NCBI GenBank assembly: GCA_951406725.2
Contig: OX597819.1
Location: 37,448,001-37,512,000, forward strand
Reading direction: 5' to 3'
DNA from: Octopus vulgaris
Taxonomy: Eukaryota
Length of the DNA: 64,000 nt
Each line of letters opens with the position of its first letter. Positions within the stretch are counted from its first letter, which is position 1. This document shows, one piece after another, positions 40,841 to 51,018 of this stretch. The notes under the pieces were generated by a model that was not told the DNA's origin, made no database searches, and worked only from the letters and a program-made list of their open reading frames with translations. The position numbers and the translations under genes are program-made.

Positions 40841-43211
40841 GAATAGTTATCGCTAGAATGCCTTATGACTACTCAGTAATGACTGATCTGTGGTTTTATA
40901 TACACAAACTGACACAATAATTGTTACAGCAAAAAAAGAAGACAAAAATGAACCCATAGCTGTCACTCATAAACGAGTATGACCTAATAACTTATAATAT
41001 GATGCTTTCACTAATTGTTTTAGGTGACTCTATAACTGTCATCTGGCATAGACATCCTCTCAGCCCTCTCACTACCAGTAGAACGTTTAGGATATGACAG
41101 TGGAGAGAGAAAGGGCTGGTACCCTAGGCTGGAATAATGTAAAATGGAGTGCCTTGCTCAAAAACACAGTTACTACCTACTCTAGGAATTGAACTCATGG
41201 TCTTAGTTATGAGCCCTCTGCTCTAACAACTGCCTTCATGTAGTAGTTAGGGTAATATTACAAGAATTATATCATTGTTATATACTATTCTACAGAGATG
41301 TGATTTATTCTTTATTTTTAATTTCTTCACTTATATAGATTAAATCAGTTGGCTAAATATTTTTAATATTTTCTTTGGGATTTTTTAAGTTCTTCATTAA
41401 ACAGAAATTATTATTGCTCAAAGTATTAAATACTGGTTGGATAAAACTCAGATAATTTCATAAATTGGGAAACGCTTTGATTGTTATATCAATTATCAAT
41501 GTAATGTAGTGAAATGAATGAATTATTCTTTGGCTTCCCAGCTACACAACTAAGAATTGTTCCTGTGTTTTGATAGTTGTTTATGTTAGAAAAATCATTT
41601 CATAAAATATTTGAGGAAGTCTTTGATATTAAGATCAAACAGTTTTTAACAGTGAACTGGCAGAATTGTTACAACACCAGAGAAAATGTTTGGCTTCTCT
41701 TCTAGACTCTTTACATTTGAGTTCATATGTCACCAAGGTCTACTTTCCTTTTCAAACTTTCATGGTCAATAAAATAGGTACTATTTGAACATTGAGGGGG
41801 CAATGTAATTGACTTTCCCCCTATTCTCAAAATCACTGGTTTTCTGTCAAAATTAGAATTATTTAAAGTTATCTCTTACACAAACGTGAAACTCATATTT
41901 ATATATTAAACTTTTCAAAAGTCATTAATAATGTTAGGAAAGAAAAGTGGTATCAGTCTGAAATTGATTTTGGTTCTGGTCTGCATGTAAAATCTTACTT
42001 CTTTCTCTGCTGTGCTTGATATGAGAAAACAAAAAAAAAAACAAAACCCACCTATACATGATGTTAACATGTACATGCCCAATTATCTTGTTTTAATTGT
42101 ATGAGGTGTCTGGAAATAGTGCTTGATATTGGGCTTCCATAATTTTTAAGTAACCTAAATCGATAGGCATTGAATTGTTTAGGAAAATTTAATTTACCTG
42201 GAAGCTGTGAGAAATCTGCTAGCCTCCTGAACATGGACACATCCAAAAAGTCATCTCTTTTGCTGCAGGAAATAAAAATTAAAAGAAAAAATGCTTTATT
42301 CCTTAACTAGAATACAAATTCTTTGAAATATGCTCTAACCATTCATATAATCTAAAAGGGAATTTGTATCCACCAATCTTAAACGAGATTTTTGTATAGT
42401 CTTTTCTACATTATACATTTCATTATTAAAGATCTATCGTCGTATTTTAAAATTTACTCTCATTTCCTAACCTATTTTTAAAGAACTTCTTACCGTTCTC
42501 ATCTTACTGATAATATTTTAACTACTCTGATTGTCTCCCTCTCTCTTTCTCTCTCTGTTGCTTATCCTCTTTTTTCCTCCCCATTTTTGCATGTTTTGAT
42601 GTGACTTTTCGCTTGTCTTCTCTTGACAGGTTGCGTCTCACTTGCCTAAATAAAGCCGGAGACTATAGCATCTCATTAACTACTACACTGCCATTATGAT
42701 GGTCTGTCGACAAATTATTTTCTCTATCTTCTCTGAATCTTCAACAACTCCTTATGAACGTTTCCATATTACTCTCTGTCACTAGGTGGAGTAACTACAA
42801 ACTCACGAATTATCTCCCTTGGCATTTTCCTGTTGCCATTAATAAATGCTTAATTTAAAAAAAAAAAATGAAAAAGATGTAAATTTCAACATATTTCCAA
42901 ATTTTGACTGAAAAAAAGGGGAAGATTCATCTAACATTTATCATGATATATTTACAAATGCATACAAATGGAAATAATTTGAAATTAAAATTTGGAACAA
43001 ATTAAATGAAACATCAAACAAGAAAAAAAAAACTGAAAACATCCAGATTTTCCCCAGTTGCCCTACCATCTTTTAATTCCATAGGACTGATTTTTCACTG
43101 ATTATTTTTCAAGTCTTGATTCAAATTCAGACTGAACCAACAGAAAAAAAAAAGAAGTAAAAACTCAAACAAAATCCTGATTCTTTTAGAGTCACCGTCT
43201 CTTGAATTAAA

Positions 43212-43530
43212 ATGTCTTCTTATAATTCTTGTGCTACATATACTCTTTTACAATCGTCTTTCCGATATGCAAAACCTCAATTACCACTTGGGTCTTTCAA
43301 TCATCAGAACTTTAATCATTCTTCAAACTATACAACTGGTCAGTCGGCCATTCCATCATCGATCTCAAAGTCTTTACCCCCAACCACAAGCAGCAATAAT
43401 GGCAATAACCACACATTTAACTGGCATTACCCTGTAAAGACAGATGGGACAATCGCTCGGAGGAACTGCATGAGAGAGTCCCTTAGTAGACATGGTACTA
43501 CCTGCTATCCTGAGATTCGATCAACTATAG
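43212..43530 (+). CDS. Probable (alternative) first coding exon of the PAR-bZIP gene, 106 codons
   Basis: AAAATG start, non-repeat S/N/T-rich ORF, ATAG|gtaggt donor at 43530/43531. Its 319 nt give phase 1, as required by the acceptor at 54967 (G+TA = Val). No homology recognised. Confidence 0.6.
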
Positions 43531-45309
43531 GTAGGTTCAACCACATAAAGGCCAATGTTAGTGCACCAGACTTTCAGAATATTGTCTTATCATCCAAACC
43601 CCGTCTGTGTAGTAGCATCTACTTCCTATCATTTGTCTCTATTTTAATTTATAATGAAGATAAATTTTCAGCTATAACTATTCCTCGATGTTCACTTGAT
43701 GCTCACTGTTGACTTCCTACACATTTAGAAAATAGACTGATGTCTTTTTGTATAGCTGTCTTTAATAGCATGTGTATCCACTACTGTAATGTTTAACAAT
43801 CCATACCAAACCTCAGTAATCTATCGTCGATTATATGTGTAGCTCTGTAAGCTGTATTGTTTCAATGTCAGTTATACTATATATAAAAAAAAAACACCAA
43901 AAAAGCAATAGTAATTGTCCAAATTTTTGTTCTTTCATACCATGCACTACTGCATTTCCAAGTATCTATTCTTAATTTGCTTGTCATTGGAAGAAAACTG
44001 TTTTGCAAATTCATGCACTTTGTTCTTCTGTTTTATATATTTTCAAGTTAAAATTTTTTTTTAATCAGTTCCATACAGTTCAATTATCAAAACAGCTGAG
44101 AATTTTTCAGAAATTCTACATCTGAACGTCAGTTAAACCATTTAGTTGCTTCAATTGGTCATTGAAAACATGGTATTGTTTGACTTGGATGAGTAAAAAA
44201 AAAAAAAAAATTACCCAGAATTAGTGTTAAGAAGGCACTTTTATTGTGTCACATATTAATTTCAACAACATATTTTTGTTAGGTTATTTACTTTGGTGTT
44301 GTAGTTGTTTAACCTGGGCCAGCTCTGATTGAGCAGACCTGTTATCAAAGGTGTTCCAGCCAGAACCATTGTGTCTTTTTAGAGTTATTTAGGACTGCAG
44401 TATCCAGTATATTCTTCCCCATTTTCAAGAGTGTAATGTGCAATTTGAGGCAGATTTGTTTGCTATTTCTAGCATTTTCAAGTGACCTAGTAGTGGCTTA
44501 CTCATTGGTTCATGTTTTTTTTTGTTGCTTTTTTATTTTTGCTGTTTGTAGTGCCAAATTAATGGTATACTTCATTAAGGTTTACTGTAAATCTTATTAG
44601 GTTGTAAGTCTAGACGTTTTCTTTAGATCTGTAAGCAATATGAAATGTTATATTCCTCTGTGGTCCTACATAAAAGACTGTTGCCATGGGTGACTGAAAG
44701 GTAACAAATAAATAAAATTAGATTGACAGTAGGGTATATTTTGAATATATTTTTGATGATGTTGATGATGATGAGTAGGAGGAGGAGGAGGAGGAGAAGG
44801 AATTGATGATAACCAGTGTTGATGGTAGGTAAGGATGATGATGATGATGATGATGATGTTGATGATGATGGTAAGTAATACTCATTTTTGTATTGGCTAC
44901 TACCAAAAAGTACACCTAGTATAACTACATGATAAATAGTTTTAACAGCAAAAAAATTATACTGCTATATCAGTAGTAGTACCAAAAGTTTGAGCTACTG
45001 TATCATTTGTACTAAAAGAGTTACAAGTCAGTAGTACAAAGGGGTACATCTGCCATCAGATAATACTATCTAATGTGCTTCTTCGTTAATTAATGTAGCA
45101 GGGTGTAATTTGTGGGAGATTTGGCTGTTATTTATAGGAAGTCAGTTGACTATGTTGAGGCCTCCTCATCAGTTTTAAGTACTTCTAGTAGCGGCCATTA
45201 TTATTTAAGCGCAGGGTCAGCCTTCATTGAGCAGATCAAATGCATTTCAGCCATGACTATCCTATTTATTTACCATGTTTGTGTGTGTGCACACACACAC
45301 ACACACACA

Positions 45310-45454
45310 TATCCTTTATTGGGAAACGTTTAGAATATGCATATAAAAGCTCTGACTTTATTACACCAGCTACAACCTACAACCTATCCTTTATTGGGAA
45401 ACGTTTAGAATATGCATATAAAAGCTCTGACTTTATTACACCAGCTACAACCTA
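45310..45454. repeat. Exact 70-bp tandem duplication (period 75)
   Basis: 45310-45379 equals 45385-45454, with spacer CAACC. Confidence 0.9.
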
Positions 45455-45525
45455 ATGATGTCAACTGACAATACCTGTTGCTTTGGGTCACACCAAGCTG
45501 TAGCACTGTAATGTAGAATAAGTAT

Positions 45526-45927
45526 AGTAATAATAAAAATGATAATCCATTGAGGGAATTTATGAATATTTCAATGCATTGCTATGTATGTTTCCACAAG
45601 TCACATATTTCTTAAGATCATAATCCATATTCCTGGGATGATTACAGTGGACATTAGGTAGATCATGTTCATGTGTTCATTTCTTTGGGTGATATGGCAT
45701 TAATGGATGATTAACTGAGGGGAAGGGGCATTAACATCTGTTAATGCCATATTGCTTGAAGAAATGTCTGCATGAACATGATCTACTTGGATACTATGGA
45801 CTGTACTGTAATCACCCCAGGAATATAGATTATGATCTTAAGAAACATGTAATTTGTGGTAACATGCATAGTGATACATTAAAATATTTATAAATTCCAT
45901 CCATGGATTATCATTATTATTACTACA
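45526..45927. repeat. Imperfect ~190-bp-arm foldback
   Basis: For example TTCTTAAGATCATAATCCATATTCCTGGG versus CCCAGGAATATAGATTATGATCTTAAGAA; centre at about 45715-45730. Confidence 0.85.
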
Positions 45928-45980
45928 TATATATATAAGAAATTAAAAAAGAAAAATACACTCACTTACATAGTTTTAAT

Positions 45981-46015
45981 ATATCGACCGGTTTCGCTAT
46001 TGCTATTCATGATAT
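45981..46015 (-). ncRNA. Mirror copy of the minimal hammerhead in the left arm of the foldback
   Basis: Reverse complement reads ATATC-ATGAATA-GC(AATA)GC-GAAA-CCGG-TC-GATAT, differing only in loop II. Confidence 0.7.
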
Positions 46016-46047
46016 TATGTTTTACTTACTTGAATATATATTTTTTC

Positions 46048-46275
46048 TTAACCCTTTCGTTACTGTATTTATTTTGAGATGCTCTGTATTTCTTTCAATT
46101 ACTTTAAATATAACAAAGAATTTAGTAAAATAACTTAATTAGCATTCAGCTAGTGTTAGGAACATAAATTGTGCCAAAGGTTGGTGGAAGATTTTAATTC
46201 AGAACTTTTGAAAACAAGATGTTTGTACTACAGAACCAGAGGTGGTTTCAGCCAGGTTGGTATTGAAAGGGTTAA
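46048..46275. mobile_element. piggyBac-like MITE nested in the foldback
   Basis: TTAA duplicated at 46048 and 46272; the mirror arm keeps a single TTAA at 46407. Confidence 0.9.
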
Positions 46276-46442
46276 GAAGAAATTTTGTCCATGTTGTGTG
46301 TGATGTTAACAATAATAATGACAACCAATTACCTCCCTTTATTTATCTACTTGTGAAGTCATTCACTCGTGAATTTCATCACACACAACATGGACAAAAT
46401 TTCTTCTTAAGAAAAAATATATATTCAAATAAGTAAAACATA

Positions 46443-46477
46443 ATATCATGAATAGCGATAGCGAAACCGGTCGATAT
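46443..46477 (+). ncRNA. Minimal type I hammerhead ribozyme (A3-U8 core variant), Penelope-type
   Basis: ATATC-ATGAATA-GC(GATA)GC-GAAA-CCGG-TC-GATAT: helix I, core, 2-bp helix II, GAAA, palindromic helix III ACCGGT, GUC cleavage triplet. Confidence 0.7.
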
Positions 46478-46593
46478 ATTAAAAATTATATTAAAACTAT
46501 GTAAGTGTGCATATTTTCGTTTTTTAATATCTTATATACATTACAACTCACCACATGGGGATAATCGAAATTCCTCTTTTCTGTTACTACTAC

Positions 46594-46646
<53 letters not shown>

Positions 46647-46889
46647 GGGTGAGTGGAAAAGTAAAAGAAAATGACATTCAACACACTTGGTAGGAGTTAT
46701 ATGATTTTTTATTGAATAACAGTTTGATTTAACTCCATGCAGCTTTAAGTTTTGTAGGCTTGTACATCAAACCTAACTCATAACACCTAGCTCTGGACCT
46801 GATGACTTAGATTCAATGGATAAGCCTAGAAAACGTAAGTTGTAAGGAACCAAATCAAACTGTCATTAAATAAATCATATATATTTAAA

Positions 46890-46970
46890 GGCTCTGAGGA
46901 AGCTATAAGATGATACACAAGCACTCAGCTCTGAGTACATTGCTTCTTATTGCAAAAACAGCTGTAAAAC
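46890..46970 (+). ncRNA. Degenerate hammerhead with long helix II (related copy at about 29260-29330)
   Basis: GGCT-CTGAGGA-AGCTATAAGA...TCTTATTGC-AAAAA-CAGCTG-TA. The paralogous copy retains GCT-GAAA-CAACTG-TA-AGCT. Confidence 0.45.
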
Positions 46971-47689
46971 AATGAAGTTGATTATGTAATTCCTGTTCCC
47001 TTGTCATTCAGTTGTCATTGATATGTATATATATATTTGTCATTGATATATATATATATATCTTTAACAACATCATTATTTAGTGTGCCTTTCCTTCTTT
47101 GAGATGGCCATTGCTGTAAGCAGCATTAACAATATGATATTATATGAGTTTTTTATTGACTTGCAGAACTGCGGTTCAATTCCTTTCAGAGAAGAAACTT
47201 CACCAGATTCAACTCGTGTCCATTTCCTACACCAGAAACCATAGATAAGCACTGTTTGTGATTTAAAAAAGATTATGTTATTATTAACCTCCTACAACAT
47301 TGATGATGATGGTGATGCTGCTGGATGCAGAATTTTTATGTATATGTCTATCCAAAGGTCATCATTGCTAATAAGGTGCTCTATCACTTCTAAACAGTTA
47401 ATCTCATGGTTAATCTTTTATTACAAGATTTTATGGCTATTTATATTGTGTGTGCACACGTGAGGATGTTGGGTTTTTTTTTTTTTAAGTATTATAGTGC
47501 CATGTGAGGTAATGTATGTCAAATACATCAGTTGATCAGTAAGGAATTAAAAAAAGAACTAGTTTGTTGATCAAGATTGCTAGCAATTTTGTGATAAACA
47601 GCTGATTAACCTGTTTGTGTGTCTACATTTCTCAACAAATACTCTGACATTCTCTCTCCAATATCAAAATAACATAAGCGTGATGCTGG

Positions 47690-48090
47690 AGAGAGTGTGA
47701 AAGGGTGGGGGAGTAATCAGAGAAGTGGGGAGTTAGAGAAGCTGAGAGGGTAAGAATATTGGTCAGAGAAGAGAGATACTAGAGAAAGAGAGAGTAAAAA
47801 GGCTGGTCAGAGAAGAAGAGTATTAGAGAAACAGAGAGAGAAAGCAAACTGGTCACAGGAGAGGATAAGGATGTTGGTGAGAGAAGAGAGAGATACTAGG
47901 AAAGTAGGCAGTAAGGATATTGGAGAGATAGAGCGACTAAGAGTGGTATTGGAGAGTCAGGGATGGGAAGAGAGATATTGGAGAAACAGAGAGAATAAAA
48001 AAAAGTGGCTGGTCAGTGAAGAAGGCATCGGAAAGATAGAGAGGGGAAGAGGGGTGATAAGAGCAGAAGTGATGAGCATTTGGTAAATAG
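47690..48090 (+). repeat. Purine-rich degenerate minisatellite
   Basis: Recurrent GGTCAGAGAAGAGAGATATT(A/G)GAGAAA units. Confidence 0.6.
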
Positions 48091-48269
48091 AGATTAATAA
48101 AATGAATACCAGACTGAAATAAGTACTGTAGTTGATATGGTTGACTAATGCTTGACTGAAGTCTTTGAAGATGATCCTCCAGGTTGGCTACGGTTCAATG
48201 ATTTAAACAGTGAAGGAATTAAAGAAAAAATGAATAGAGCCCTTCACTTTTGGTATTTCAAATTGCAGT

Positions 48270-48530
48270 CAACTGTGGGATCTTGCTGTACTCATTATCA
48301 TGCATTATTTAGCCATGTGGGTTACATAACTTGTTGAGTGACAGGGGTCATGCTGTACTCTTTATATATGCAGTGTTTATCCTGGTGGGTACCTTAAGTC
48401 CATTTGAGGGCCTTGTTGTACTTGTTATCATGCAATGTTTAGTCATGGGACGGAGGGTTTACACACAAGTGTATTGTAGTCAATGCTGTACCCTTTCTCA
48501 TACAGTATTTAGCTATTTGGGGTTCATGGT
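48270..48530 (+). repeat. Degenerate ~65-bp tandem repeat (about 4 units)
   Basis: Recurrent TGCTGTAC...TCATGCA(G/T)T(A/G)TTTAG. Confidence 0.55.
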
Positions 48531-49157
48531 ATCAATCAGGATATATTACATATATTTTTTGTATTTCATATACTCTTGAATAATTGAAGCAGGCTGTAAT
48601 AGCAAATGTAAGCAAAATTATTGTTTAGTCTCAGCTCAGCCACGATTGAATAAGTCTTCAATGCAAAGAATTCCAGTTGTAAACCACTTGTCATTTTGTA
48701 CAGAGTTGAGCAAAAATCATTTTGTATTGGGATTTCTCTCTCCCTCTCTAAATAAATAAATAAAATACAATTCTTATCCTTTATTTGGTTGTGTACTTCT
48801 CCATGATTAATAGTGAAAAAAAATATCTCAGATTTTCATTAAATGCTTCTTACCAACACAAAGTAAAATAAATTATAATTAAAAGCCATCTAACATATTT
48901 ACTTGAGTACAGTGCAATCTCTAATATAAAGCAACCCAACACCCATTTTTGGTACCTAAATCTCATTAACATGAATGTGTGTTTGTCAAACCCATGCCAA
49001 TATGGAATACGGTTGCCAAATGATGATGATGATGATGATGATACACACTCACTCATATGTATATACTTACATATAAACCATTTCATTGTTTTAATGATAA
49101 TTTCACCATACAGGTTGGAAAGAATTTGTTGAAGTGGATTTTCTGTTAATAGATGCC

Positions 49158-49445
49158 ATATATATATAAAATTAGAAAAAAAATACCTTTTATTAATTCA
49201 AAATGAACAATTAAATTACATCATCCAGAAAATTACATATAATAGAAATATTAACATTAAAATAACAACATGTCAAAGATTAAGTAAATTGCAAAAAAAA
49301 AAATAATAATAACTTATATAAATTGTAGAATAACAATTAATGTTAATATTTCTATTATATGTAATTTTCTGGATGGTGTAATTTAATTGTTCATTTTGAA
49401 TTGATAAAAGGTGTTTTTTTTCTTAATTTTTTATATATATATATA
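49158..49445. repeat. ~100-bp-arm palindrome in (TA)n context
   Basis: 49158-49260 pairs with 49337-49445. Confidence 0.85.
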
Positions 49446-49535
49446 TATTCTATTGTGTGAAATTTAATTTAGTATTTCTAAATTGAATTTGTTTTCCTTG
49501 TAAGTTTTGGATTTTATTCCCTCAAATATTAATAA

Positions 49536-49587
<52 letters not shown>

Positions 49588-50372
49588 CACTTACACTCTA
49601 GTATCATGATGCTTTCTCCTAATTGTTTTGGCTTTGATGTTTTTTTATTAAATTTCATGCAGTATGCATGAGCGAATAGAATATTTTCTTTTTAATAATT
49701 GGAAAGTGACTTTTGCACATTCTTCTGCATCAAAGACTACATTGTCTAATGCGTCCTTCTGTTGTGAAAATAGTAGATTGTGATTTGTGTGAATTTTGCA
49801 GCTCTTTTTAGCAGGTCAGACGACCACATATAAGTTTCTTTGTTAGTTTGTGGACAGGATGAAGTCACTTAATACATGAGAGTTTCGACTATTTGGGATT
49901 AACTAAGGTGATTGACTGCCAGGTATATTTATTTTGGATTAGCTGCAGGTTAATGACCACTAAGCATAAGTATAGTGGTGACAGTTTGTAGAGTAGTCAA
50001 CAGAATATTTTGCTGTATTTAATCTCATTGCTTTAGTATCTGAGTTCAAATCCCACCAATGTGTTCTTTTGTTTTTCATCCTTCCAGGGGTCACAAAATA
50101 AAGTACTAATCAAGTACTGGGGACTTGAGCCTCAGAAAACATTGATAATGATAATTAAAATAATGATGTTAGTAATATAAGACTGTTATTTGGTCTTAGT
50201 AATGAAAACATTTAACATTGTGTTGATACTTTATTTTTTGTTTGAAGAGAAGTGTGTATGATTTTTATGTCCAGCTGTAAACGTTTTGAAAACTTTTTTT
50301 GTTTTTTTGTAATCTTATTCTTCTCTGAAGACTGGTTGGTTTTTCTCCCTTTGTGTGACTCACTACACTGTT

Positions 50373-51018
50373 TTAACCCTTTTGTTACCAACCCGGCTGA
50401 AACCAGCTCTGGTTCTGAGTACAATTGTCTTGTTTTCATAAGTGTTGAATTAAAATCTTCCATCAAACCTTAGTCACAATTTATGTTCCTAACATTAGCT
50501 TAATGATAACTAAGTTATTTTACTAAATTCTTTACTCTCTCTTTTACTCTTTTACTTATTTCAGTCATTTGATTGCGGCCATGCTGGAGCACCGCCTTTA
50601 GTCGAGCAAATCAACCCCAGGACTTATTCTTTGTAAGCCCAGTACTTATTCTATCGGTCTCTTTTGCCGAACGGCTAAGTAAAGGGGACGTAAACATGCC
50701 AGCATCGGTTGTCAAGCAATGCTTGGGGGACAAACACAGACACACATACATATATATATATACATATATACGACAGGCTTCTTTCAGTTTCCGTCTACCA
50801 AATCCACTCACAAGGCTTTGGTCGGCCCGAGGCTATAGTAGAAGACACTAGCCCAAGATGCCACGCAGTGGGACTGAACCCGGAACCATGTGGTTTGTAA
50901 ACAAGCTACTTACCACACAGCCACTCCTGCGCCTATATATAAAGCATGCTTGTTATATATAAAGTAATTGAAAGAAACACAGAGCATCTCAAAATAAATA
51001 CAGTAACGAAAGGGTTAA
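50373..51018. mobile_element. piggyBac-like MITE split by a SINE family A insertion (about 50534-50945, minus strand)
   Basis: TTAA ends at 50373 and 51015; the two halves rejoin to match 10307-10535. Confidence 0.85.

Larger units (their letters stand above)
45935..46540. mobile_element. Penelope-like inverted repeat carrying two hammerheads, interrupted by a MITE
   Basis: Arms 45935-46047 plus 46276-46305 versus 46377-46540; flanked by (TA)n. Confidence 0.7.

Noticed and set aside
45712-45730. CTGAGGG at the centre of the first foldback as a hammerhead core
   Set aside because: No GAAA or helix III follows; too incomplete.
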